Shown here: positions 23,753 to 36,573 of the stretch, piece after piece
How the letters are laid out: each line of letters starts with the position of its first letter
Position numbering within the stretch: the first letter of the stretch is position 1
Notes under the pieces: model-generated
Told to the model about the DNA's origin: nothing
The model's input: the letters and a program-made list of their open reading frames with translations, nothing else
Database searches by the model: none
Source of the DNA: Ginglymostoma cirratum
Lineage: Eukaryota
DNA length: 64,000 bases
NCBI GenBank assembly: GCA_024137785.1
Contig: JAHRHZ010000102.1
Coordinates: forward strand, 5,882,000 to 5,945,999
Reading direction: 5' to 3'
Program-made: the position numbers and the translations under genes

Positions 23753-25140
23753 GCCCTTATACCGGGGAGACGTAGGATGGGCTGCATTTAGCTTGTGATT
23801 GTTTTGCCCAATGCAATCTTTGATGTGGGAGAGCACAAAGAATTCATCAGGTCAACATTCACGGCGTGTTGCTATGGTGCAGTGATTAACACATGCGGAA
23901 TTCCTCCAGCGGGAACAAGCAGGCTGCGCTGTTGCTTCACGTTCCAGGCAAGTTAAGTTGCTCACCCTTTCGCTGCAAGTGAATGCAGATCGTTATTTCG
24001 CTGCCGCTGTGAAACAAAATCCGGCATTGAACCTACTCGCAGTTATTTGCCTTTCTTTGGTGAAAAGGAGGGTAAGGAGATGTGAAATTTCTTTCACTTG
24101 CTTCAAGAAGGGAGCTTCTGAGCTACTTTCTTGATACGCTGAAATGATTGCGGAGCAGGCACACCCGCGTTGCTGACCAGAAGGGACACCTAATCTAATC
24201 GAGACTGTGATTGCTTGCATTCACTTTTCGTGGGACGTTCTGAGTCCATTCTTTTATTTCCTGACTTGAGCAGTTTCCGGGTAAGTGGCATTGCACTAAA
24301 CCTCCGGCGCATTTGGAGGAGCAGTTCGGAATTGCCCCCATGCTAGTTGTGTGAGTAGTGCGTATCCCAGAGAACCGGAGGTGTTTCACAGAAAGCATTC
24401 ATGCTTCAGTATGTGTAGAAATGTGTTTGCCTTGTCATTTTTGCTTCTGTTGTGCTTTAAGATCTGTCTGTTTGGGGATTCGCTCGAGACCTGAGGTGCA
24501 AACACGGTTTGTGAGGAATCTTCCTGAATCCAAAATCCTCACTGACAACCTGAGAAGGTGTCACAGAGAATGGTCATTTTTGGCGAAAATGAACGAACGC
24601 TTCGCCTGTGAGCGGCTCTCATTCCTCTTAGCCCAACCGATTCATACACGCATTCAGGCGCCTTTGAAATGCTGTAAATTTTACGAGCCTCCACCACTTC
24701 CTCTGGCAGTTCACTCCATACACGCACCACATTCGGCGTGAAAAAATGCCCCTCAGAACTCGTTTAATTTATTCCCTTCTCATCTGAAATATATGTCCTC
24801 TCGTTTTGCGCTCGGGCCCACTCTTGGAAGATGACATTGACTATTCCCCCTCTTCATATCCCTCATGGTTTTACAAACTTTTATCAGGTTGTTCCTCAGC
24901 TTGTGATGCTCCAGGAAAAATTGCCCCGGTCGGTTCAGCCTCGCCCAACAGTTCAAACCCTGCAACTCTGGCAATAACCTCGTGAACATTTTCTGGGCAA
25001 TCTTACGTGGTATCTTTTACTTTTAACAATGTCAATAACGCTGGACAGCATCGATCTGTTTAAAACAGTAAATCAAACGTTGAACGGCTGCAAATTTCAA
25101 TCGTGTTCGAAGGACAGCGAGTAGAAGATTTCGGCATGGT

Positions 25141-25213
25141 GTTTCTGTAGTGTAGTGGTTATCACATTCACTTAACACGCGAAAAGACCCCGGACCGAAA
25201 CCGGGCAGAAACA
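25141..25213 (+). tRNA. tRNA-Val(AAC), T-loop/B-box mutated (probable pseudogene)
   Basis: GTTTCTGTAGTGTAGTGGTTATCACATTCACTTAACACGCGAAAAGACCCCGGACCGAAACCGGGCAGAAACA; GTTCG changed to GACCG. Confidence 0.85.
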
Positions 25214-27581
25214 GGGGCGCTCCACACTGTGTTATCTCTGACTCCAGCATCGGCAGTTCTTACTATCCCCTCGTGGCAAACGTAAGTATGCTGAACGGTA
25301 TCATCTTGGACACGGCCTGCTCGGCTTTGTGCATTTTCACTGCAGTCCGATGTTTTTCAGGTTACCTGCAAACGCGAAAGCATACCCGTTTCTAGTTTCT
25401 CACAGGCACGTTGCATTAGTTGTTCAACCGAGTCTCGAAATATGCATTCAGCTTTTTGTTTTGATTAAAGGGTTATCGGTATTTGTTGGGAGACCTTTCC
25501 CTTTGCCTTCGCTTTTGTTCTGTTCCAGTAGCAACATTGGAAAAATCATTGCCCAAAAGCGGTGATCTTCGCCGGAATACAGCCGGCTAAGCAGAAAGAC
25601 AAGGAAAGTGAAAGGAATTATGTTAATGTAGGTAGTACCTGCACTGCCTTTAAAACAATTTCGCAATGGGATCTGCCTTTCTCGGTTTCTAAATCTGCTT
25701 ATCATTAGAGATGAAGGCTTTTCTTTCGGAGCCGCTTATTTTGCCATACAGGCTGAGTAACTGTAAGTATCTTGCATGGTATCACCTTGCACGCGGCTCG
25801 CTCGGCTCCGTGCATTTTCCCTGCAGTCCGGTGTGATCATGTTTCACTTCCAAATGCCAGCACTGCACAATATCCTAAGGAAGAATCATGCCTCTCGACC
25901 AACGAGCCGCTCCCATTGTTTGCTTGCCCAGCTCTGAACCAGCTGATAATTGCTCAGAGCGAAGTACCTCGGACGATGCTCCAGGAATTGGAAGTAGCAA
26001 ACAGTTTCAAGAACATTTTCCTCTCATTCTGTCTCCCTGCTCCCGGGCCGGTGCTGTTGGTCCTTTCCCCGGGACTGGGTTCTCTCCATTGGTGAATTAA
26101 ATCAATTTCTTCCACTTGGATCACAAAAGAGTTTGAAAGATTCTCAAAGCTGGAGACTGAGTTTTTTGCTTTTCTTTTCCTTTCCACGTTACCACCAACC
26201 AACTGATTTTTCCTCCAAAATCTCATCGCAATCCTCCGGCTTCATCATGCCCAGGAATGAGGGAATTCAGTTTTATGGAGAGATTCCAGAGGCCGGGATT
26301 GTTCTGTTTAAGGCTTTCAGGATTAAATGGAGATTTGATGGCGCGAGTGTTTGGATGAAGCAGACAGCGAAAAACTGTTTCTAGGGAACTGACATTTTAG
26401 AACATAGAAAGATAAAGAGAGTTGCGTTAATGTGGGACTTTTCACCACCCGTGATGTGGTTTGTTGACCACGGACAAATGTTCTTAAAACTTACTTCCTG
26501 CTTCTCCACACGTGATATATTCACCATCACGAGACTGAGGGATCTCGATCTCATCGAAACCAGTCCTCATTAATGAAGATTGGAGATACTGAAAGCCCGG
26601 AATCGCCCACGCTTTAAAAGCGAAAACTGCTCCTATTTACGCCATCCACTTGAAACAGGATTCATACCCGGAGACCAATGAGCCAGCAACAGCACAGAGC
26701 TGTTAACACTAAATCAGGTGAGTTTTCTTGTAAAGTAAGAATTTTCCCGTTGCTTCGGGATGTGAAAGCAGCACTGAGTTTTAATAACAGCTTCTTCCCA
26801 TTCTGACCAACTGCTCCCAAGAGGCTGATTCAGCGTTGTCCCCCCGGGACCGGCCATTCTCCATTGGCGGCTGCAGTAAGTCATCTTCCACTGGTTGGCA
26901 GTTCTGGGGGAGAACAGCATGAACGCGCTCTTCAGCTCGCTGTCAAACACGGGCTTGCAGTGCAGGGAGGTCGGGTGGTGGCAGTGGGAGGTATGGAAAG
27001 TGTGGAAGGCTGTGCAAAACAGACATTGCGCATGCACAGCAACTAAAATTCTGTTGGGAACCTCATCCAAATTATTGCACATGAGACAATGCAAAAAATG
27101 CAGAGCTGCTCGGAAGGAGAGAATATTACCCAATAAAGGGGATTTGTATCAGTGTCTTTCTGGATGTCACAGAGAGGTCGCTAGAACCTGAAACATGGTG
27201 GGGTGTTACTGCAGGGAGTCCTGTCTCTCAGACACACTGCACTTGAAGTGCATGAATTTCACCACGTCGTTCTCAGCTCAGAGGATAGATCTTACTATTC
27301 AAACCATCCCGGAGTGACAGAGAATGGGAAAAGGCATCACAGTCCATCATCCTGACAGCTCCAGGAGAGAAAGGTGATGTGCGAGAGCGGACAGTCTCAA
27401 CTAGTTCATATTTTCAGCATTTACAACCTTGGCCCGTGTGACGATGAAATCAATTTGAGAGACAGATTCAGTTACCTGTAACAGGAAACAGTTGAGGCTG
27501 TGTTTGTCTTGTTTATGAAAACTGTTGAGTAAACTTTGCAGAGCAGCAGATAGTTCTCCCTGTTGTTAGTGAAATGACAAA

Positions 27582-27658
27582 CATCAGAGTACGGTTTCCA
27601 GAGTATGGTATGACTTCTTGGTCATGGGCCCAGCTCGCTCCCACCGTGACATTCTGTT
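27582..27658 (-). pseudogene. tRNA-iMet pseudogene
   Basis: AACAGAATGTCACGGTGGGAGCGAGCTGGGCCCATGACCAAGAAGTC...GAAACCGTACTCTG. Confidence 0.7.
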
Positions 27659-28383
27659 TGCATGAGCTAAACATAAATAAAGAAATTACTCAGTGTCGAG
27701 ATCCTTTGAGTCGAATTCTGTAAGGAATTGAACCCGATTGAATGAAAAGCCCTGTGATAGCGGGGAAGTTACTTTTTTTTGTGAGGAATTGTTTCCCAAG
27801 TTCCAGAAGACTGCACTGTGTTGTTCCAAGGTTTTCATCTTGGGATTACCTCTCTTCTGGGCAGATGTTAATGACCCGCAGTTTATTCAGAGTGGACAAT
27901 TACAGAATCCTAAATTACAAAATTCTCGTAAATAATGTACTCAGTGCAGAAAGCCACAGGAACTGATTTCTTTTTTGCAATAAATCTTCCACTGTCTGGT
28001 GTGAAGCTGGAACATTCCAGCTGTGAGAGGGGCGGAGCAAAGCTGATGAGTTGATATTCAGTGGTGTCAATTCACATTGTCCTCATCATGTCATTTAAAA
28101 CTCTCCGCCAACAATAACACTGAAAAATAACAACAAGCCACACGATTCGATAGAGTCATGGCTGACTTATCACTTCAATAACTTTCCTCACACCATCCTC
28201 ATGACCCTGTCTGCAATTGGCAATCAGACAATTATCGATCACCTTCTTCAAAATAAAAATCGAAAATAACAAGTTGACTGTAGAAGGGAAGGTTTGTGTT
28301 GCGAACTAGTTGGGGTTCTCCATGAACTGCGCAGGTTTGTCGGGTGAGCCGCTGATTCTGGTCCGATCATGTTTGAAACGATA

Positions 28384-28490
28384 TTCTGAAGAAGGGTCAC
28401 TGGACCTGAAACGTTAACTCGATTTTTTTTTCTTCACAGATGCTGCCAGACCTGCTGAGATTTTCCAGTATCTTGTGGTTTTATTTCCAG
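28384..28490 (+). mobile_element. PLE tail with hammerhead motif (second family)
   Basis: CTGAAGAAGGGTCACTGGACCTGAAACGTTAACTC...CACAGATGCTGCCAGACCTGCTGAG; sibling at 28788-28880. Confidence 0.75.
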
Positions 28491-28613
28491 AAAGCTTGAC
28501 CTGAAAATCTGGCAGACTTCCTCTCTTCAGCAGTATGGACTGGGCAACAAGAAGTGGCAATGAATCGGCTTCTACACACCATCATTGACTCTTATCAAAC
28601 GTGAACTAAAACT

Positions 28614-28705
28614 TGACTGTGGTGGGACTCAAAGCCACAATGCTTGAATAACACGGTTAATAAGTCCTTCAAAGCCCCACACGCTCTCCAATGCAACACA
28701 GAGCC
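28614..28705 (-). pseudogene. Intron-containing tRNA-Arg(TCT) pseudogene
   Basis: GGCTCTGTGTTGCATTGGAGAGCG...[~19 nt]ATTCAAGCATTGTGGCTTTGAGTCCCACCACAGTC matches the Arg-TCT body with an intron. Confidence 0.75.
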
Positions 28706-30538
28706 GCAACTGCTGCAGTCTGACAGTACAGAAATTTGTCCATGGCACATTATCTTTGTGTCTTTCATCAAGTATCTGCTTTTTTTCCTCAGAAGGAACG
28801 GTCACCAGACCCAAACTCTGATTTTTCTTCACAGATGCTGCCAGACCTGCTGAACTTTCCAGCTTTTTGTATCTGTTTGTCCCCGCTTTCCAGTACCTGG
28901 CTCCTAACTTTGTGTGATCTGGCACTTCAAGTAATCATCTAAACATTCCTGAATAGATATAATGATTATTAGCTTAACCATACGTCCAGGCAGTGAATTC
29001 CAGAAACCCCGAACTCTCTGGGGGAGAAACACATGTTCCTGAAATTTCCTCTAAGTCCTCCGTCCCTTGCTTTTAATCAATATCGATGGTTATTCATCCT
29101 TTTCAATAAGATGAATTTTATTACAATCTCCTATATCTAACCCTTTATAATTTTGTGCACGTTAATAAGTTCCCCTCAAACTTTATCTGTTCTCAGAAAA
29201 ATAACTTCAGCCTAGATCCTCTATCTTCACAGAGGAAATGCTCCAGCCCAGGCAATAACCTGGTCAATTTGCTCTGTACGCCCTCCAGGACAATTGCGCC
29301 TTTCCTGCAGTCCGGCGATCAGACCGAACAAAGTTCTCTGAACAAAAGCAGCAATTTCCGCAGAAATGCAGCACGACTGGCATCATGTGTGGACGTAATT
29401 GATTGGTTGTCAAGTGTAGCTGAGAACAGTGTAAAGCTTTGTTTCCAAGCAGGATAAGCAGATCGTTGTTCGAAAGGATGTACTGATCAGAGATTGTAAA
29501 AAGATTTAGACAGAGGCATCCTGGTTACATTACACAGGGCGTGCACTGAGCCACATCAAGTTAGCAAGGTCAGCATTATTTGCTGTCCTGGGTCTGAGTC
29601 AAGCGTCGTCAGTGTTTGGATCTGTGCGACTGCAGCATCTTTAAACCTGTAACTAGATTTGAAAGAACATTATTCGTAATTCTTTCAGATTTCGATTTAA
29701 GTTTAAGAGTGTAGGACAGTAAGGAGAAATGTTAGGGTTAGATCTGCTCTGGGGATGTCATAAGAAGTCGCACGATGTCAGCGCCACCTTGAAAGCAGAG
29801 TTGAAGTTTCAAGTCCAGCGACTCTTCTTCAGAACTGATAGTACCGATGAAAAGGTGGTATAGAAAACGTGCTCACCTAAACAATGTGGCCTGTATGTAT
29901 ATGTCTGAATATGAATATTTTTGTGGAACTCTTGTTTCAAGTTCATCTTATCTTTACATTCTTTCCTTAGACATGGTCGGTGCTTCATTTCCTTCAACTC
30001 TTCCTGACTGGAATGCAACTTTTTAGAGTATTCTGAAATACCTCCTTAAATATCTACCATTACAAGTCTACTGACCCCGCTCTTAGCCTAATTTTCCACT
30101 TCATTTCAGCCAACCCTAACTTCGTACTGTTATCATTTTCCTCAATTTGGTTTTAAGCGCTCATCTTAGAACCAACCTTCCCTTCCTCAAAATAAGTATA
30201 AAACTCAGTCACTGCTAGCCAGGGGCGTCTTCACTATCAGGTCAATAATGAATCCTGCGCCATTGCATATTACCAGATATCCTGCTAACTGGTTACTTCT
30301 GGAAAATATCGTTCTAAGAAACGGCCCCAATAACACCTCAACAACTTACCATTCAAACTATATTCGTCAATCTGACGTGGCCAATTTATATCATCATTAG
30401 AATCACCAAAGATTATTGCTGTCCCGTGATTGTAAAAAGGAAGGTGCTCTAAATGTGCCAGCGGTGGAATGACAAGGGTCCAGAGTCCAACATTTGGCAA
30501 CGGCACACCCTTTGGTTCAGCAATTGACAACCAAGGCT

Positions 30539-30610
30539 AGGTAGAACCGGGGATTGAAATCATTATTTCCCGTTTATGTGACCAATGTCTTTCTACTAGC
30601 CACCACATCC
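30539..30610 (-). pseudogene. tRNA-Thr(CGT)-like pseudogene
   Basis: GTGGTGGCTAGTAGAAAGACATTGGTCACATAAACGGGAAAT...TTTCAATCCCGGTTCTACCT. Confidence 0.55.
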
Positions 30611-32748
30611 TTGCAGAGCCCAGGTCTTGCTAAACTACGGCATTCTATCAGTTTGGGACACACAAGTCAGATTGTCTGAAGTGTTTGGAACTGTGTGTTC
30701 AGACAAATTTGAATGTCATTGTACACGGTGATGTACAGGCAACCACGCACAGACAAACGACACAGAGAAATGCTGATTTTAGGTTAACGTTTGCTGGAAT
30801 CAGATTGTAAAAGCTGAATATGGAAGTCTTGCTGCAATTGCCTTGGGTGTAATGAACACACAAATGCAGTTTGTGGCAGTAATGATCTCCCTAAACCGGA
30901 GAAGGAACTATTTGCCTTCGAGGTCGCATCAGGAATGTTCATTCGATTCATCTCAGGAATGAGAGGACCGTATTCCAGACGCATACAATATCAGTTTGTG
31001 CTCCATAGAGGTTCAGAATAATAAGAGATGAGGGAAATGTCTGAATTAATAAATTACTCATTAGGTCGAATTCAATACAGGGATGCACAAAGTGATGAGC
31101 AAAGGAGACACGAATATGGAGGGACGATACACAATAAGTAGGGCAGTTCTTCTTGAAATTTTTTGATGTCAGGTCCATGATTAGATTTGGTGAAGATATT
31201 TACTGTCCTTAACCAGTCAGTCCTGGAAGTGACTGTAGACCCACAGTGTGGTGTTTGAGATCACAGTACAACCGTGACGTCTGTAGTTCAGACCCACTTG
31301 GAGCATTGTGTGTAATCCTTATCCGCACTCTTCACCACAAATATGTAAACAGATTAGAAAAGACGCAGATGGGGTCTACTGGGACAGAAAGTCATTAGAA
31401 CTGACACAGACGGGTTTTATCGGGGCGGTAGAAAAGTTGCAGAATATATTCACGACGTGTTGGGAAAATCGGAAATGCTGCAACTGACACAGAGAAGACT
31501 GGGAAGTAAACAAATGGGGATTTGCCAGATGATGCAAGGTTTGGAGTTTCTAAATAAGATGAAAATTCTGTCTTTCGAGTGAAACAAAGTCAGAGAGATC
31601 AGAAATTCATAAGTGTCGGTGAATAATAAAGGAAACAATGGAGCAGAGTTTCATTCCGTCAGACAGGTATTAAAATCTGCAAAAATATTCCAGAAACAAA
31701 GCTAGGAGGTGATTGCAGTAAGTTTTAAAGGACATATGTGCAAATATACAAGGAGTGTATTTAACAAGGGGAGAGAGTCTGTTGCCGGAGCTAGGTGGGA
31801 GGAATGTTGGGCTGACGAGTTGTGTGGGTGGAGAATCAATTTGACTTTGAATGACTTCAGATGTGAAGAAATTTCATGTACGACTGATTAAAACTGATGA
31901 TAAAAATATTACTAGTCTTGGAAGGTGTGGCATATTATTTGATGTGAAGCATTATAAATTGTGAAACACCTGAGCAGGATTTTAAAAATTACAGAAAGGA
32001 AATTTAGATATCAACAAATTTCGTGAACACGTGCAGTTGAATAGCATCGACTATAAAAATTCTCCTGGTTTTGGAACGTGTGGCATATGATTTCCTGTGA
32101 AGCTTTAGAAATGGAACAGAGCTCTTTTATTAATTGGTAAGTAACGTTATACCATCAGAATCAGGAAGTGAACCGTCTCTCGGAGACGGAATTCCTGATT
32201 TTGTCTTGTTCCTTAAAGTTGTGACCACATTTATCATGATTTTGCGTCCATTTCATACGTATTGATCGCTGTTGAAGAAATCCACCAACTAGACTCTGCC
32301 TTTTTATATTTTCAAGCCTCTTTTCTTCTCAGCAGCACTTGAATTCAATGAATTCCGATAAAAGTTGAATGCACCAGTCAAACAGTACAATGAGATAAAT
32401 ATAATTCCTTTTGTAAAAAAATTATTGTCATAGATTCTGCCAGTTAGCAGCAAATTGACTAACATGAAAACAGGCTGAACAACTTTTTTTCCCCATTTTT
32501 CCCAGACTGTAACCAATGCAGAGGCAGCCACGTGAGAAAGGTTATCGAACTGAAACATCACATTTGGTTTTCTCTCCGCAGATATTCCCACACACATTGA
32601 ACATGTGCCGGATATTTGTTGATAATTGAGATATTTCCCACCGAAAAAATTCGTTTCTCAATCCACAGAAACTGACACTTTCCAATAAAGTCGAATTTGC
32701 TCAACGTGGCCCTTATTCTTAGCGGACTATCCCCATTTCAGTAAAAGC

Positions 32749-32842
32749 AAATCCACGTCAAGCTCGAACTCATAATGGGTATTTCACAGGCCTCGACACT
32801 CTCATATAACTATCACGCACTGACCGATTGCCCCACTGGACA
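32749..32842 (-). pseudogene. Intron-containing tRNA-Ile(TAT) pseudogene
   Basis: TCCAGTGGGGCAATCGGTCAGTGCGTGATAGTTATA[intron]ATACC...TATGAGTTCGAGCTTGACGTGGA. Confidence 0.8.
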
Positions 32843-33895
32843 CACGTTTTCCACGTTACGTTCATCGTTTAGAATACACATAATGAATTTTCCACGACAG
32901 GAATACTTGTCAAATAACGGACGGAGATGTGGGAAAGTCAGAGTGGGACAAAACTTTGGAATTCGGTGACCCAGAGGCTGTGGTAAGGTCAGTTACTGAG
33001 TCTGTTCAAGACTGAGATTTCAAAACATCACACGTTTAGGGGATAGTGCAGGAAAATATTGAAAATGCATTTTTCAAAAAGAAATGCAGTTTAACTTCGG
33101 TACTTCACCAGTTCTCTCACACAAGGAAGTAGCCACCGTTGCAGATAACCATATAATCCCAGTTCCCAGTCCCGGAATCAGAGAAACTCAGTGACCCAGC
33201 TGTAAAGATACAACCGGAAATGGGGATGGCAACGAGCGCGTGGAGCAGCTTGAATTGACATGGACCAAGGGTTAGCGGGACATCAGGATTTGGGAAAGCA
33301 ATTTTAATCTAAAGCAAATAGTTTTTGGCAGCACAGATGTTTGTGGGTTGAGGGAGGGTGTGTGCGTGAAAATGTCTCAATTATAAAGAAAAATGATGCA
33401 AATATTCAACCCGTGAAGAGAGAATCTGTGCAGGGAGAAACTGAGGTAATGTTTTCGTTCTCTGAACTTTCTCATATGGTTGTCTCTGCACTGGGTTAAA
33501 TTACAGGAAGGGCTTTTTCGGTCGTTTCACATTATTAAATAATCTGCAAACACGCAAAGGCCATTAAAGAAATCTAATCTTGCGAAAAATAACGCGAATA
33601 TACGAAGTCGTAATTAGGCTCGAGTTTTCATGACGTTCTGGAGGAAAAACAGAAAAGTCGAGTTGAGATTTATTAGAACAGTTTGGATCCCAATGAATAA
33701 CTAAGCGGACTGGATACGGTGAATGGCAGCTCCCTGAGGACAAGTGCGTCTTCATTGCCAGTGAAACTCGCTGCGTCACAAAGTCGGGGCCATTGAACTG
33801 AAGCAGTGACAGTAATGAACTTTGCTGGCTGCTCATGTTGTGAATGTTAATATTGCTACTCATGGCCGCGTTAACACCATAACTGCAGTGTGTAA

Positions 33896-33968
33896 AGCTT
33901 CAAAGCAGCAATGGATAACGCCCCGACTACGAATCAGGAGATTGTAGGTTCGACTCCTACCTGGCTCG
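33896..33968 (+). pseudogene. tRNA-Arg(ACG) pseudogene (5' acceptor strand damaged, B-box intact)
   Basis: GCAATGGATAACGCCCCGACTACGAATCAGGAGATTGTAGGTTCGACTCCTACCTGGCTCG. Confidence 0.85.
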
Positions 33969-34041
33969 AGCGCAGTCTGAAAAATTTTCACACCTCCCAA
34001 TGAAAATTTCTCATTGTTCTGAAGCAAAATCCCCAAATGTG

Positions 34042-34180
34042 GAGATACCGGTGTTGAACTGGACCATACAAAGTTAGAAATCACACAACACCGGGTAATA
34101 GTCCAACTTTCGGAGTCTCACTTCTTCCTCAGGTATTAGTGAGGGTAGGTGTCAGACACAGAATTTATAACTAAAAGATC
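34042..34180 (-). mobile_element. PLE terminal fragment (third family) with hammerhead-like motif
   Basis: Minus CTGAGGAAGAAGTGAGACTCCGAAAG next to TTGGACTATTACCCGGTGTTGTGTGATTT; related relic at ~52050-52135. Confidence 0.6.
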
Positions 34181-34626
34181 GGAGAGTACAGTGACATAGC
34201 CTGCTACTTGTCCTTGTCCCTGTCCCATTCTGAATGGAGCAGAAGTGAGTCATTGATGGTGCTGTTTTATTCCAATGTTATCATAGAGTTCTAGTGGGTG
34301 AAATATAGGCATGTGGTCAGTGTAATTGTTTGATCTGAAACCGCTGAGGCTGTGTACCTGGGAGGTCTCGAGCCACAGCTCCTTCAGCAACTGACCAAGT
34401 GAGACACAGAAACTGGTGCCAACATGCATTGAAAGTCCCCAAGCAGAGATCTGAGGAGGCACTGTACAGCTGGAGCTCTCGCTGTTTTTAGTACCAGTTG
34501 CCCATTTTCCCACATTCCTCACCGAAACTGCAAGAGTCCCGAAGGAACTGCAAACACCAGGAAGAAAAGTGGACGTTAAAAAAATGATCTTGTTCAGCTT
34601 TCACTAAGGTGAATCACAAACGATAC

Positions 34627-34698
34627 TAGCAGCGATGGGATTCGAACCCACGACTCATTAGAGACTGGAACTTAAATCGACCACTCAGCGACCCTTGC
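34627..34698 (-). pseudogene. tRNA-Leu pseudogene (deleted D/anticodon junction)
   Basis: GCTGAGTGGTC..GATTTAAGTTCCAGTCTC...GTGGGTTCGAATCCCATCGCTGCTA. Confidence 0.75.
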
Positions 34699-35026
34699 GC
34701 ATGACTTGAAAACGCCAAAATCGGCACGATCAGTGTTGACAGTAAATTCGAATACTTGTTGCAGAATATTTATCAATCTGATTAGCATGAAGTAACTTCG
34801 AGCCTCTCTTTTTTAAAAAAAAGCAATTTTCCCCTGGATGTGAGCACTTCAGCATTTATTACAACTTCTCAGTTGCCTCTGAGAAGTTGGTGGGGAGCGG
34901 TTTGTTGCAATTGGATCAATCTGACCAACTGGCCCAATACTGACTGAAGGAGCTGTTCAGTCAACATTTCAATTCTCCTCCAATTGATACCGACAAAGAG
35001 GCACTCAGATAGATGCAATGCAAGTA

Positions 35027-35185
35027 GCGTGATGGCTCAGTGGTTAGCACCGTTACCTTACAGCAGCATAAACCTGTGTTTGATTCCACCTTCAAGTGAC
35101 TCCCTGTGCTGAGCTTGCAAGTTCTCCTGAATCTGCATGGGTGTGTTTAGGTTCCCCCCCACATTCCAACGATATGCAGGCAACA
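35027..35185 (+). mobile_element. HE1/V-SINE-like tRNA-derived SINE, degenerate
   Basis: GGCTCAGTGGTTAGCAC...TTTGATTCC...GAGCTTGCAAGTTCTCC..TCTGCATGGG...CCCACATTCCAACGATATGCAGG. Confidence 0.75.
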
Positions 35186-36285
35186 TCACAGGTAGCCTTG
35201 GCGTGTTCTGCAGCGTATCTTTTACGCATTTGTTTTCCATGCCTAGGCGTCCTGGTTCAATGCCTCGTGGAAGCCTGATTTGCTGGTGTCACAGTGCACC
35301 AAGGATTCCTGATTCACCCTCTATTTCAAATGCATCTGAAATTAGTCTCTGACAGGTCTAATTCTGATGCTGTCTACCATGTCTCAATGTGTGTGAATCA
35401 AAACTAGAAGTCTTCACTCATGTTTTGGAGTGGAGAAATATGTTGGCATTTCTTAGCACACGCGCACCTCATTCAGTCAACAACGAGAATGAATGGATTT
35501 ACCGACTCTGATAAACCTCTTGATTCACGCTCTGACACAGTCACTAATAGTAAGGTGTGTTCTGAAATCTAAGCCATGTTGCAATTGAAACTGAGGTAAA
35601 GACGGTCAGACTGCCCAATAACATGGTATCCATTTTTGAGACATCACAAAAAAGGCTGTGTTTCCATTGTGCAGTGGTTAGCGCATGCGGAATGTCCCCA
35701 GCATGATGTCGGGAACAAGAAGGCTGCGCTGCTGCTTCGTGTTCCAGGCAAGATGCGTTGTTCACCATTTTCACTGAAAGCGAATGAAGATCGCTCTCCC
35801 ACTGCTGTTGTGAAATCAAATCCTGCATTAATTCTAATCGCAGTTATTTGCTGTGGTGGCGAAAAGGAGGGTAATTACGATGTGAAATTTTGTTACATTT
35901 CTCCCATTTCCTTCATTTCTGTCCTGGAGAAGGGAACTGATGAGCTGCCTTCTCGATCGGCTGCAATCGTTGCCGTGCAGGCACACCCGCATTGTTGATC
36001 AGAAGGGAAACACAGCCACTTTGAGACTGTGATTGCTATTCGTCAATTTTCATGGGTCATTCCTTTTCTGTTCTTTTTTTCCTGATGAGAGCATTTCCCG
36101 GAAACTGGCGTTGGAATAAACTCCCAGTATCATTGGAAGCGCAGTTTGGAATTGCCCCAGTGCCACTTGTGAGAGTGGTTCATGACGCAACCAAGTCAAG
36201 GTGCCTCACTGACAGCATTCATGCTTTGCTGTGTCTGAAATTGCGTTCGCCTTGTCATTTTTGCTTCCTTGCGTGTTCAGATCTA

Positions 36286-36573
36286 GAACAAAGAACAAAG
36301 AACAAAGAAAACTTACAGCCCAGGAACAGGCCCTTCGGCCCTCCAAGCCTGTGCCGATCCAAATCCACTGTCTGAACCTATCGCCCAATTCCTAAGGATC
36401 TGTATCCCTCTGCTCCCCACCTACTCATGCATCTGTCCAGACGCACCTTAAATTAATCTACCGTGCCGGCCTCTACTACCTCTGCTGGCAACGCGTTCTA
36501 GGCACCTACCACCCTCTGTGTAAAGTACTTTCCGCGTGTATCCCCCTTAAACTTTTCTCCTCTCACCTTGAAC
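36286..36573 (-). mobile_element. Young CR1 3' end with (TTCTTTG)n tail
   Basis: AGAACAA repeats, then CAGGCCCTTCGGCCC; well-preserved CR1 3' sequence on minus. Confidence 0.85.

Larger units (their letters stand above)
18478..25250 (+). repeat. Tandem ~2.4-2.8 kb units (Leu-tRNA, CR1 3' end on minus, Val, Val-like, spacer); third unit partial
   Basis: 18478-20870 aligns co-linearly with 20870-23630; a rearranged partial unit follows, and more pieces lie at 35200-40800. Confidence 0.85.

Noticed and set aside
35660-35700. Val-like 5' fragment (also at ~23910, 39533 and 62960)
   Set aside because: Too short and degenerate to call a tRNA relic confidently.
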